A stretch of DNA of 64,000 nucleotides from an uncultured Bacilli bacterium (GTDB lineage Bacteria > Bacillota_I > Bacilli_A > RFN20 > CAG-826): positions 422,542-486,541 of the forward strand of contig CAKPBC010000001.1 of the NCBI GenBank assembly GCA_934140155.1, written 5' to 3'. The notes under the pieces were generated by a model. That model was not told where the DNA came from. It saw only the letters and a list, made by a program, of their open reading frames with translations, and did no database searches. Positions 30,442 to 41,624 of the stretch are shown here, in pieces; within the stretch, counting starts at the first letter, position 1; every line of letters begins with the position of its first letter. Both the position numbers and the translations under genes were made by a program.

Positions 30442-33060
30442 ATGAAGAAATCTTTAAAATTATGTTTATTACCAGTAACTTTATCAATTATGTTAACTGC
30501 TTGTAATAATCAAAGTAATTCTATTTCAGATTCAAGTTCTAACTCTATTTCAACTTCTTCATCAATAGATGTTAGTAAAATTTCTTTAAAAGACGCTATT
30601 GCAAATACGAGAGAATATACTTTGCAAACAAAAACTTTTGATGATTCATTTATGACTTTCCAAGTATTTAGTGATAACTTTTATTATTATGCACCAAATA
30701 TTGGCGGATACATCGTGATTGACGATGATCCGGAATATGTTCATGCTTTTGATGTTGTATCAATTGATAGTGATTTGATTTTTAAAACTAAAATAGATGT
30801 TTTAGGTAGAAACGGCTTAATTGATCAAAAAGGATATTTATTTACTACAAATTTTTTAGATATTATGAGAGTATACGCTGACGATTTTGTAAGAATCAGC
30901 GACAATACATTTTGTTGTTCGGTAAAAGATCTATCTTCTCATCTTAAAGATTATTTTCAAAATAAAAACTTATCTTATGCCAACTATTTTGAAATTGTTA
31001 TTGGTAACGATGGACGTGTATCTCGCTTTATTCCTTATGAAAAAACAACTGCAGATATGTACTCATTAGGCGAAGTTTATTTTTCAACATTTAATTTAGA
31101 AGATTATGAACCATATAAATTATGGGATCAAGAAGGAAGAAAAATTAATACACGTTTATATGACTTAAAGATGGGATATTTTGCCGAAGATAACAAAACA
31201 TATATTCCTTTTTATAAAGATGAACAAGTTGTAGTTGAAGGCGTAGTATCATCATTCGATGTTAATAACAATGTTTATATTAGTGTAGAAAGTCTTACAT
31301 TAGGCAATGTAGGAATTCAAGTTCGATTGTCTAAAAAAGATACATTACCAAAAATAAATGAACTTATAAAAGTACAAGGAACAATAGCTTGTGATAATTA
31401 TGTTTCATTAATTAAAGATGCAACATTTACTGTAATTGAAGAACAAGATTATTTCCCATATTTTGACGAAGAGCCAATCGCAGATATTTATGGCTCCGGA
31501 TATTACGCGGCAAATTTTTTCTCTCAATCACCTGTGTTTGGAGACTCTATTTATTCAACTGCAGCTTATATCTATGAAGATTTCGAAAGTAATTTGGTAG
31601 AAAATAAAAATGTTGAAATAGATATGATTTGCCCAGCAATACCTTCTAGTGATAAAAAAGACTATTATCATATGAAGTTGGTTTTACCAACAAATATGCC
31701 ACTTGAAAAGAAGAATCAAATCCTTCAATCATTAAAAGAATATGGAATCTATGGTAATGAAGATGCGAAAGAGATATTACTAGATAAGTTTATTATTAGA
31801 ATCGATCCGACATATTTTTACGCTGTAAAATTAGAATATGGCTCTGAAAGTTCTATTTCTTTACAACTTTCTCCAACTGAAAAAGTTGAAAAAATTGTTG
31901 GTATTAAAAATTTTGAATTTTCAAAGTTAACTGATTATTCTTGCTATCGTTTTGGCGGACATACTGCGATGAGTTTAGAAGAAGTGTATGGAAAAGATGG
32001 AAAAACGATGGGAGTTTACTATCAATCATCATCAATGACACAAAAAGAATATGATGCTCAAGTTAAAAATATTGAAAGCATAGGCTTTAAAAAGTTTAAT
32101 GAAATAAAAGATGAATATAAACGTAGGCACATTATTTATCAAAAGGATACTTATTATGTAGATCTATTTACACAAGAAGATACTTTTGGCGAAGATGGTT
32201 CGATGGTATTCAATATGTGGATATATAAGGGAGAATTGATTTATAGCAAAACAGTTCAAGAGCAATTAAAAGAATCTATACCATTCTTCAACGTGGATGA
32301 TTTTATTCAAATGGATGGAGTATATGATGCAGACTTAAACTATTTTGAATTAACAAGTTATGCTGGAAAAGAATATAAAAATGATGAGCGTATTGCTTGT
32401 GTTACGATAAATACTAATAGTGATATTTTTTCAGAATTACGTTCAAAGTATAGAACTGAAAAAGGATATACCGCTGTCAGAAATAGTGACAATTCTATTT
32501 ATACTTATAATACGCGTGGAAGTAACCATTATGTATTTTCAAAGGCGATAGATGGTAGTAATGAAAAAGTATATTTAGATATGGCTTTATATTCTACAGA
32601 TGATTATACATATGCTGGTCATAAAGATTTCACTAATAGAATTGAAATTGCAATATATAAAGGAACTGAGCCATTATCAACAACTTATTTAGATAATTTA
32701 AATGAATTTGGAAAACGCTTTGGCGAAAAAAATGGTGTAGATGCTTTAACATTTAACTTACCAGCAAATACAAAAGTAGAAATGTATTATTGCGCAGATA
32801 AAGATATTAAATATAGTTTCTTAGAATATGGTTATTTGTATCAAGATGAAGCATTTGTTTATAGTGATTCGTTAAATGAAACATATAATGCAATAATTAG
32901 TTCTTTAGAAGCACAAGGATATAAAATATCTACAACAACCGCAAAAGGTAATGTATGTTACGTAAAGCAAGATGGCAAGGTCAGTGCGTATATATTTATT
33001 ATGAAAAGTGATAAAGGATATATACGATTAATTGATGGTGTTGGCGGATTGGATTATTAA
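30442..33060 (+). CDS. Large lipoprotein (872 aa), unknown function
   Basis: MKKSLKLCLLPVTLSIMLTAC lipobox, Ser-rich linker, RBS AAGGGGGAA. Terminator with UUCG tetraloop (AGAGGAC-TTCG-GTTCTCT-TTTTG) at 33062-33086. Confidence 0.7.
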   Translation: MKKSLKLCLLPVTLSIMLTACNNQSNSISDSSSNSISTSSSIDVSKISLKDAIANTREYTLQTKTFDDSFMTFQVFSDNFYYYAPNIGGYIVIDDDPEYVHAFDVVSIDSDLIFKTKIDVLGRNGLIDQKGYLFTTNFLDIMRVYADDFVRISDNTFCCSVKDLSSHLKDYFQNKNLSYANYFEIVIGNDGRVSRFIPYEKTTADMYSLGEVYFSTFNLEDYEPYKLWDQEGRKINTRLYDLKMGYFAEDNKTYIPFYKDEQVVVEGVVSSFDVNNNVYISVESLTLGNVGIQVRLSKKDTLPKINELIKVQGTIACDNYVSLIKDATFTVIEEQDYFPYFDEEPIADIYGSGYYAANFFSQSPVFGDSIYSTAAYIYEDFESNLVENKNVEIDMICPAIPSSDKKDYYHMKLVLPTNMPLEKKNQILQSLKEYGIYGNEDAKEILLDKFIIRIDPTYFYAVKLEYGSESSISLQLSPTEKVEKIVGIKNFEFSKLTDYSCYRFGGHTAMSLEEVYGKDGKTMGVYYQSSSMTQKEYDAQVKNIESIGFKKFNEIKDEYKRRHIIYQKDTYYVDLFTQEDTFGEDGSMVFNMWIYKGELIYSKTVQEQLKESIPFFNVDDFIQMDGVYDADLNYFELTSYAGKEYKNDERIACVTINTNSDIFSELRSKYRTEKGYTAVRNSDNSIYTYNTRGSNHYVFSKAIDGSNEKVYLDMALYSTDDYTYAGHKDFTNRIEIAIYKGTEPLSTTYLDNLNEFGKRFGEKNGVDALTFNLPANTKVEMYYCADKDIKYSFLEYGYLYQDEAFVYSDSLNETYNAIISSLEAQGYKISTTTAKGNVCYVKQDGKVSAYIFIMKSDKGYIRLIDGVGGLDY

Positions 33061-33195
33061 AAAGAGGACTTCGGTTCTCTTTTTGTATACTAAAAGATTG
33101 TTATGGCAAAACGAATAATTTTAATAAAATTAAATAAGTATTAAACTTTTATAGTTTTTATTGTAGAATAATAAAAATGTTTAGGAGTTGTTATT

Positions 33196-34206
33196 ATGAA
33201 GAATAATATTATTATTGAAAATTATCAATCTTTACTTTCGTTAAAAGAAACTGAAATTGCTATTAAATTAGTTAAAGATACATTTGAGAATTTGCTAGCA
33301 ATAAAACTTAATTTAACAAGAGTATCTGCGCCTTTATTTGTTGATCCTAAAACTGGATTAAATGATAATTTAAATGGTTATGAAAAAGCGGTAAGTTTTA
33401 ATGTGTTTGAAAATAACCATCACTTAGAAGTTGTGCAATCATTAGCAAAATGGAAAAGAAATGCATTAAAAAAATATGGATTTGCCACTGATTCTGGAAT
33501 ATATACAGATATGAATGCAATTAGACCATATGAAGATTTAGATAATATTCATTCTTTATATGTTGATCAATGGGATTGGGAAAGAGTTATATCAAGTGAA
33601 GAAAGAAATGAACACTTTTTGATTCGTATTGTTAAAGATATTTATGAAGTACTTAAAGATACGGAAAGGAAAGCTCACATAACATATCCTGTATTAGGTA
33701 AATGTACATTACCTGAAGATATTACTTTTGTTACAAGTGAAGAATTAGAAAAAAAATATCCTTCCTTAACACCAAAAGAAAGAGAAAATATTGAAGCTAA
33801 AGAACATGGTGCAATATTTTTAATGCATATTGGTGGTAAACTAGCTAATGGCGCGCCACATGATGGACGTGCCGCTGATTATGATGATTGGTCACTTAAT
33901 GGTGATATTTTACTTTGGTATGAACCATTGGGTATTGCTTATGAAATATCATCAATGGGTATAAGAGTAAATAAAGAATCTTTATTAAAACAATTAAAAG
34001 AGAAAAATGAAGAATTTAAATTAGATTTACCATATCATCAAGATATTATTAATAATAATCTTCCACTTACTATTGGTGGGGGTATTGGTCAATCTAGAAT
34101 GTGTATGTTTATGCTTAAAAAAGTACATATTGGTGAAGTACAAGCATCTTATTGGTCAAAAGAAGATATTGAACTATTTGCTAAAAATAATATACATTTG
34201 TTGTAG
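33196..34206 (+). CDS. asnA: Aspartate-ammonia ligase (asparagine synthetase A)
   Basis: 336 aa. Conserved AsnA segments LNLTRVSAPLFV, SLYVDQWDWERVI, GGGIGQSRMCMF. Confidence 0.92.
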   Translation: MKNNIIIENYQSLLSLKETEIAIKLVKDTFENLLAIKLNLTRVSAPLFVDPKTGLNDNLNGYEKAVSFNVFENNHHLEVVQSLAKWKRNALKKYGFATDSGIYTDMNAIRPYEDLDNIHSLYVDQWDWERVISSEERNEHFLIRIVKDIYEVLKDTERKAHITYPVLGKCTLPEDITFVTSEELEKKYPSLTPKERENIEAKEHGAIFLMHIGGKLANGAPHDGRAADYDDWSLNGDILLWYEPLGIAYEISSMGIRVNKESLLKQLKEKNEEFKLDLPYHQDIINNNLPLTIGGGIGQSRMCMFMLKKVHIGEVQASYWSKEDIELFAKNNIHLL

Positions 34207-34233
34207 TTAAGTTTTTAATTAAGGATAAAACAT

Positions 34234-34731
34234 ATGAAAACTGACTTAGAAAAATTAAAAGTTATTCAATCTTTTATAGATAAAAATTATGTAGAATTAG
34301 AAACTTCACGTATGTTGCATAGGGCTTTAAAAAATAAAGCAGCGTGTTTATTTTGTGAAGTCCCACTTATTGATGATTCAAATATTAAAACAGATTCTTC
34401 ATGGCAAGAAGAAGTTTTTCATATTATTGATAATAAAAACATGAATGATCCTGAAGTGTATAAAAAAGCATTTATAACAAAACAAACATTTTCTAAAATT
34501 AGAAAAGATGTTAATTATCATCCAGACAAAGATACCGCAATTAAGATGTGTGTTGGATTAGAATTAGATGAAGAAAATACATTGAAATTGCTAGAAAAAG
34601 CTGGATATACATTATCTAATTCTATTAAAAAAGATATAGTTATAAGATATTTTATTAGAAAAAAAGAATTCGATATTATAAGTATAAATAATGCTTTATA
34701 TGATTTAAATTTAGATTTGATAAAATGTTAA
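34234..34731 (+). CDS. Hypothetical protein (165 aa)
   Basis: RBS AAGGA plus ATG; no recognisable motif. Confidence 0.5.
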   Translation: MKTDLEKLKVIQSFIDKNYVELETSRMLHRALKNKAACLFCEVPLIDDSNIKTDSSWQEEVFHIIDNKNMNDPEVYKKAFITKQTFSKIRKDVNYHPDKDTAIKMCVGLELDEENTLKLLEKAGYTLSNSIKKDIVIRYFIRKKEFDIISINNALYDLNLDLIKC

Positions 34732-34761
34732 AAACAATTGGCACTTAAGTATTTATAATTA

Positions 34762-35700
34762 TTATTTATTTTGACATCTCCAAAGTGCCATTGGATGTAA
34801 TTTAATATTGTTTATGATTTCTTTGTCTTCAAATAGCAATTCTGGCCTGTAATTTCTATTTTTGAATTCTCTAATAAATTCTTGCTCATTTTCAGTAATT
34901 TTAATTAAATCTTTTAAATAAACTATTACCTTTGTTTTTGCTTCTTCAATATTAAATTTGTCACTTTTTGCAATAACGGGCTTTAATTGAGTTTTAAATT
35001 TCGCAAAAGTGATTTTTTCAATATTTTCAAAAGATAAATTGTCGATATCTTGTTCACCACCAATCATATTATAAAAAATCAAGCATTTTTTAAGCATTGT
35101 TGTGTTTTTAATAATATTATTTTCAATCATTTTAGTTACATCATATAAATCTCTAGGTGTTGTACGTGATAATAATGCGTTTATTTTGCTCGCATAAAGT
35201 TCGATGGTGTTTAGTGTTAATACTTCAAATGAATTAAAAATATCTTTGACTAAAATCTTTTTGTTTTCAAGAGGTAATATATGACATCTGTCCATGAAAT
35301 TTATTTCGATTTTAATATTATCGCGATTACCAGCGTTATTTATGTAATTAAATGTAAAAGATAATAATGCATAGTGTTCTTTAGAAGAAACTGATAATGC
35401 ATAATTTTCTTGCCACATATAATCTAATAGTCTTTTTGTGAATATTACTTTAGTTTCTTTGATTTTTTCTTTCGAAAGATTTTCCGTGAAATCTAAATCT
35501 ATATCGACAGATAATCTTGGCAATTCTACTGCAGTTAGATTTATGGCTGTTCCGCCTTTAAGAGCAAGTTTATTCTTAAAAATATTATCATTATTTAAAA
35601 ATTTTAATATTTCAGATAATCTTAATACTTTTTCAAGATTGTCTCTTATAAAATTTGTATTATATGATAATTCTACTAAGTATTGCTTTGAAATGTTCAT
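34762..35700 (-). CDS. abiEii: AbiEii/AbiGii-family nucleotidyltransferase toxin (type IV TA / abortive infection)
   Basis: LALKGGTAINLTAVELPRLSVDIDLDF matches the DUF1814 GGTAL...R(F/L)S.DID signature; 312 aa. Confidence 0.8.
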   Translation of the reverse strand: MNISKQYLVELSYNTNFIRDNLEKVLRLSEILKFLNNDNIFKNKLALKGGTAINLTAVELPRLSVDIDLDFTENLSKEKIKETKVIFTKRLLDYMWQENYALSVSSKEHYALLSFTFNYINNAGNRDNIKIEINFMDRCHILPLENKKILVKDIFNSFEVLTLNTIELYASKINALLSRTTPRDLYDVTKMIENNIIKNTTMLKKCLIFYNMIGGEQDIDNLSFENIEKITFAKFKTQLKPVIAKSDKFNIEEAKTKVIVYLKDLIKITENEQEFIREFKNRNYRPELLFEDKEIINNIKLHPMALWRCQNK

Positions 35701-36437
35701 TAGGATCCTCCATTGATACGAGTTTTAATATTAATTGGTGCCATTATTTTCCATTTTGAATTATATTCAATGTTTTTGAATTCATCTTGTAAAAAATATT
35801 TAACTTGGTTTGTTAGATGACTTTTACATTCGCAAAAGAAATAATCACTTAACATTAATTCATCTTTAAATTGTTCTAAGATAAATCCTACTTTTTGATA
35901 CAATAATACTTTGTTATATGACTTTAGAACATCTAATAATTTTGTTTGATCTAATGTTTTTATTTGCTGAAGCGCATTTAATACTTCTTCAATACCACCC
36001 GCAAGTTCAATGTTATCGATGCAATCAATTATTGTACGTTCTAGACTTGTAATTCGAACTTTTGCACTTTCAATATAATTAACTTGTTCATAGTTATTTA
36101 CAATTTTCAAATTGTATTCAATGCCATCAAATTCAAAAGTATTGAATTTTGTTGAACTACCGACAACTATATTATTAAAAACTTGATTGGCAATGCCATA
36201 ATATTCTAGTGCTGAATGAAATGCAACAAATGAATCGGGTGAAATTTTGCTTGCTATTTCAAATTTTGTGGAATTGATGATACCAGCTTGATCTATTGAA
36301 ACATATAAGCCGTTGCGGATTTTCTTTATTTTTCCTAATTTTGTTTGATTAAAAATCCAGTTGTTTAACTGCTTTTCACTTTTAAAATTTTTTAGCAATT
36401 CATTTTTATTAAATAAGTATGGTACGTAACGTTTCAT
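35700..36437 (-). CDS. abiEi: AbiEi-family antitoxin / transcriptional regulator (wHTH AbiEi_4 N-domain)
   Basis: Start refined to MKRYVPYLFNKNELLKNF...KIRNGLYVS (RBS AAAGGAAG). The hydrophobic 80-aa upstream extension in the ORF track is rejected. The stop overlaps the abiEii start. Confidence 0.7.
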   Translation of the reverse strand: MKRYVPYLFNKNELLKNFKSEKQLNNWIFNQTKLGKIKKIRNGLYVSIDQAGIINSTKFEIASKISPDSFVAFHSALEYYGIANQVFNNIVVGSSTKFNTFEFDGIEYNLKIVNNYEQVNYIESAKVRITSLERTIIDCIDNIELAGGIEEVLNALQQIKTLDQTKLLDVLKSYNKVLLYQKVGFILEQFKDELMLSDYFFCECKSHLTNQVKYFLQDEFKNIEYNSKWKIMAPINIKTRINGGS

Positions 36438-36536
36438 TTTATCTTCCTTTTTAACTATTTTGGCACGTTTTACCCATAAATGCAAGTATTTTGAGAAAAA
36501 ATAGTTAAAAAAACTATATTTTAAACTGTACCAAAT

Positions 36537-36806
36537 TTGTATTTTTATTATACATTCGATGAGCACGATGAGCCTAAAAATGAGCACGATAACTATTATG
36601 ATAATTTTAGTAAAAAAGAAAAGACTATAATTGATATAATAAAAAACGGATCTAAAATAACTATTAATGATATGCAAACTAAATCATTGTTTTCTAGAGC
36701 AACAGTTGTAAGAATATTAAATAAACTTAAACGCAAAAATGTAATTTCTTATATTGGAACATCAAAGAATGGAGAATGGATTTTAAACAACAAAGATATT
36801 CTTTAA
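36537..36806 (+). CDS. Winged-helix DNA-binding domain ORF (TTG start), possibly a C-terminal gene remnant
   Basis: ...TIIDIIKNGSKITINDMQTKSLFSRATVVRILNKLKRKNVISYIGTSKNGEWIL is a typical C-terminal wHTH. No ATG start, and no upstream ORF in frame. Confidence 0.3.
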   Translation: MYFYYTFDEHDEPKNEHDNYYDNFSKKEKTIIDIIKNGSKITINDMQTKSLFSRATVVRILNKLKRKNVISYIGTSKNGEWILNNKDIL

Positions 36807-36882
36807 AAGTCGCTTTTAATGCGACCATAATGTTAAAAATTTATATTACACTACAACTATAAAAAAGAGGAGTGTAATTAAA

Positions 36883-37509
36883 ATGAAAAAAGATTTAACA
36901 GAATTAGTATTTATTCTTGATAAGAGTGGATCGATGAATGGATTAGAAAAAGATACAATAGGTGGATATAATTCACTTATAAAAAAGCAAAAAAATGAAA
37001 AAGGAGAAGCACTTGTAACTACTGTTCTTTTTAGCACTGAAACAAATTGTATTGCTAATCGTATGGACATAAACAAAATAAAACCATTAACATCAAAAGA
37101 ATACTTTGCTTCTGGATGCACAGCTTTATTAGATGCAGTAGGAGAAACTATTACTTCTATAAAAAGAGAACAAGAAAAGTTAAAAGAAGATGAAAAACCA
37201 GAAAAAACAATAGTGGTTATTACCACTGATGGATTAGAAAACGCTAGCAAAGAATATAGTTATGATAAAGTAAAAGAACTAATTAGTTCATTAAAAGAAA
37301 AAGACAATTGGGAGTTTCTATTTTTAGGTGCTAATATTGATGTGGCTAAAGAAGCTAATAAGTTAGGAATTAATTCTGATTTTGCTGCTAAATATGATTG
37401 TAACGAAGTAGGAATTGATGCAAGCTTTTCTTGCGTATGTGAAACTTTAAGCTTAGCTAGAAAAGAAAAAAGAATTCCTAAATCTTGGAAAAAGAAAATC
37501 GAAAAATAA
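36883..37509 (+). CDS. Stand-alone von Willebrand factor A (vWA) domain protein, TerY-like size
   Basis: 208 aa; RBS AGAGGAG. MIDAS motif VFILDKSGSM (DxSxS) plus downstream T and D residues (TTVLFS, TDG). Confidence 0.7.
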   Translation: MKKDLTELVFILDKSGSMNGLEKDTIGGYNSLIKKQKNEKGEALVTTVLFSTETNCIANRMDINKIKPLTSKEYFASGCTALLDAVGETITSIKREQEKLKEDEKPEKTIVVITTDGLENASKEYSYDKVKELISSLKEKDNWEFLFLGANIDVAKEANKLGINSDFAAKYDCNEVGIDASFSCVCETLSLARKEKRIPKSWKKKIEK

Positions 37510-37604
37510 AGCAGATTATTCCTAAAAACATACAAATTAAGCCAGTACATTAGTTTTTAATAATAATTATGTTATTATTAATACTAATTATGGGAGTGGA
37601 TAAA

Positions 37605-39968
37605 ATGCAAAAAATTAGTTTTAATCAAAATTGGAGTTACTCAAGATTAGGGGAAAGCAAAAAAGTACCTTGTGAATTACCACATGATGCTATGATTAGC
37701 GAAAAAAGATCTTTAGATAGTAAAGGTGCTAAAAATATATCATATTTTGAAGGCTATGATTATGAGTATGAAAAGCATTTTGAAATTGATAAGGACTTAG
37801 CAAATAAAATTCTTATTTTAGAATTCGAAGGAGTCTATAAGGACGCAGAAATATATATAAATTCCACTTTTGTGCATAAAGAAAATTATGGATATAATGA
37901 TTTCTTTGTTGATATCACTAAATTTGTTAAATTAGGCGATAATGTTATTATTGTTAAATGTTTTAATGCGGATCAACCAAACTCAAGATGGTATACAGGA
38001 TCAGGAATTTATCGTAATGTGAATCTATTAACATTTGAAAAAGAACACATTTTATTAAATAGTATCAAAATGTCCACTTTATCATACTTAGATAAAACCA
38101 TTAGTGTCGAGTTAGATACTACAAGTGAGGGTAATGTCGAAGTTGATTTTTATCAAAATAAAAAATTATTAAAACATTGTACTTTTATTTCTAATAAACA
38201 TGTAAAAGAAGTTGTAACTTTAAGTGATGCATTGTTATGGTCTAGTGATAGTCCTAATTTAGTGGAAGCAAAATTTAAATTTAAGCAAGATGAACAAATA
38301 GTGCGTTTTGGTTTAAGAACTATTGAACTTTCTAAAGAAAAAGGATTATTAATTAATGGAAAACGTGAAATCCTTCTTGGAGCATGTATTCATCATGATA
38401 ATGGCTTAATTGGAGCAAGAAATATTGATTTTGCGGAATATCGTAAAGCTAGTTTATTAAAAGATGCGGGATATAATGCAGTTAGAAGTGCCCATAATCC
38501 ATGCTCTAAAGCATTCTTGGATGCGTGTGATGAATTAGGCTTATATGTCTTAGACGAATATGTAGATTGTTGGTACATTCATAAAACATATTATGATTAT
38601 GTTTTACATATGGAACAAAATTATGAACATGATTTAAAATTAATGTCTGATAAAGACTATAACTACCCAAGTGTTATTATGTATTCTATTGGTAATGAAG
38701 TTAGTGAAACTGGACAAAAGAAAGGTATTGAATTAACACGTAAAATGACAGAATATTTACATTCTATTGATTATCGTTATGTTACTTGTGGAGTAAATAT
38801 TTTCTTTAATTTCTTAAGCTCGATGAACTTAGGTGTATATTCGGATAAAAAAGCCCAAAAAGAACTAAAATCTAAAAAGAAAAAGAAAGCAGTAGGTAGT
38901 GAGTTTTTTAATGATTTAGCGGGTATTATGGGAGCCTCATTTATGAAAATTGGCGCTACTTTGCATGGATGTGATGTTAAAACTCGTGATGCTTTTGCTG
39001 CTTTAGATGTCGCAGGATATAACTATGGCATTAAACGTTATAAGCATGACTTAAAAAAATATCCCAATCGCTTTATTTTAGGTACAGAAACATTTTGTTC
39101 TGATACAGATGTATTCTATGAACTTGCTAAAAAAAATCCACGCTTAATTGGTGATTTTGTTTGGGCTGGTATTGATTATATTGGTGAAGTTGGTGTTGGC
39201 TCTTGGACAGTAGATGAATATTGTGATAATGATTTTTCACATTCTGTTGGTTGGTTAACCGCAGGAAGTGGAAGAATAGATATTACTGGTAAAAAACTTA
39301 GTGAAGCTGATTTTATGCAAGTAGCGTTTGATCAAAAAGTAATAGCTATGGGTGTTGTACCAGTTAATCACTATAAGAGCAAACATTCTCCTTCGGCATG
39401 GAAATGCTCAATGGCTTTAGATAATTGGTCTTATGATGGATTTGAAGGTAAAGTAACAGAAGTAGAAGTTTATACTAAAGCACCATTTATTGAACTATAT
39501 TTAAATGGTAAATTACTAAAAAGAAAGAAAACTAAAAAAGCATTTAATGTCTTTAAAGTGAAGTATCAACCTGGTGAATTAAAAGCCCAAGCTTATGATA
39601 AAGATTATAATTTAATTGGTGAAGCTATTATTCGAAGTGGTAAAAGCGTAATCACTTTAACAGGAACTAGTGAATCTAATGAATTTAAAGAAAACGATTT
39701 AGTTTATGTACGATTCATGTTTAGTGATAAAGATGGAATAGTTAAACCAGCAATAAAAGATAATATTACTATTACTAGTGTTGAAAATGGTAAATTATTA
39801 GGATTTGGTAATGGCTGTTCTTATTCTAAAGAAGGATATTTGAATAATACTACTTCCACATATTATGGTGAGGCTCTAGCGGTTATAAAACCAGATAATA
39901 AAGGTGATGTAAAAGTAAGCGCTAGTTCTAAATATGGTGATGTAGAAGTAGTGGTGAAGAAAATATAA
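37605..39968 (+). CDS. Glycoside hydrolase family 2 enzyme (beta-galactosidase/beta-glucuronidase-like)
   Basis: Start refined to MQKISFNQNWSY (RBS GGGAGTGG). GH2 N-terminal sugar-binding motifs FNQNWSY, YEGVYKDAEIYINSTFV, SRWYTGSGIYRNVNL; TIM-barrel NEV(S)E region. Confidence 0.8.
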   Translation: MQKISFNQNWSYSRLGESKKVPCELPHDAMISEKRSLDSKGAKNISYFEGYDYEYEKHFEIDKDLANKILILEFEGVYKDAEIYINSTFVHKENYGYNDFFVDITKFVKLGDNVIIVKCFNADQPNSRWYTGSGIYRNVNLLTFEKEHILLNSIKMSTLSYLDKTISVELDTTSEGNVEVDFYQNKKLLKHCTFISNKHVKEVVTLSDALLWSSDSPNLVEAKFKFKQDEQIVRFGLRTIELSKEKGLLINGKREILLGACIHHDNGLIGARNIDFAEYRKASLLKDAGYNAVRSAHNPCSKAFLDACDELGLYVLDEYVDCWYIHKTYYDYVLHMEQNYEHDLKLMSDKDYNYPSVIMYSIGNEVSETGQKKGIELTRKMTEYLHSIDYRYVTCGVNIFFNFLSSMNLGVYSDKKAQKELKSKKKKKAVGSEFFNDLAGIMGASFMKIGATLHGCDVKTRDAFAALDVAGYNYGIKRYKHDLKKYPNRFILGTETFCSDTDVFYELAKKNPRLIGDFVWAGIDYIGEVGVGSWTVDEYCDNDFSHSVGWLTAGSGRIDITGKKLSEADFMQVAFDQKVIAMGVVPVNHYKSKHSPSAWKCSMALDNWSYDGFEGKVTEVEVYTKAPFIELYLNGKLLKRKKTKKAFNVFKVKYQPGELKAQAYDKDYNLIGEAIIRSGKSVITLTGTSESNEFKENDLVYVRFMFSDKDGIVKPAIKDNITITSVENGKLLGFGNGCSYSKEGYLNNTTSTYYGEALAVIKPDNKGDVKVSASSKYGDVEVVVKKI

Positions 39969-39976
39969 GTTGAAAG

Positions 39977-40005
39977 TGTCTAGAATTTGTTTCTAGACAT
40001 TTTTT
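39977..40005 (+). terminator. Rho-independent terminator after the GH2 gene
   Basis: TGTCTAGAA-tttgt-TTCTAGACA followed by TTTTTT. Confidence 0.75.
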
Positions 40006-40080
40006 AATAAATATTTTGTAGCGCTTTCATTATCGTTTTAAAATATCGGAAATTTTTTTCTTATTATACTAATAATATAA

Positions 40081-41403
<1,323 letters not shown>

Positions 41404-41578
41404 TAACAACTAAAATCTAAATTAAAAAACTATTGAGTTGCACTAAAATTCAATAGTTTTTTTACGTTTAATTGCTGATTAAAAATGATAATTATATCTC
41501 CAACTCCAAAATATACTAAAATTAGTAGAATTTGGAGTTGAATAAAATTAAAAGATAAAAATACTTAGCAAAACCAAA

Positions 41579-41616
41579 TAAAAAACTGTTGAGCTTTAAA
41601 AACTCAACAGTTTTTT
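41579..41616. terminator. Bidirectional intrinsic terminator between eno and the SPFH gene
   Basis: AAAAA-ACTGTTGAG-ctttaaaaa-CTCAACAGT-TTTTTT. A/T runs on both sides. The minus-strand SPFH gene stops at 41625. Confidence 0.7.
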
Positions 41617-41624
41617 GCACTTAA

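Noticed and set aside
34740-34800. Inverted repeat TGGCACTT...AAGTGCCA spanning the 34234-34731 stop and the abiEii 3' end
   Set aside because: The right arm is inside abiEii coding sequence (encoding ...MALWRCQNK*) and the loop is about 45 nt, so it is probably a fortuitous or weak terminator rather than a distinct element.
35700-36677. Long N-terminal extensions in ORF-track calls (abiEi 325 aa; also the LytTR regulator, lipoproteins 2960-3871 and 15038-17044, the SNF2 gene, GPH symporter, GH2 37569, NUDIX, ktrA, XRE)
   Set aside because: The extensions are hydrophobic or low-complexity and lack RBSs. Internal ATGs preceded by GGAGG-like RBSs coincide with the expected N-termini of the protein families, so the shorter starts were adopted.
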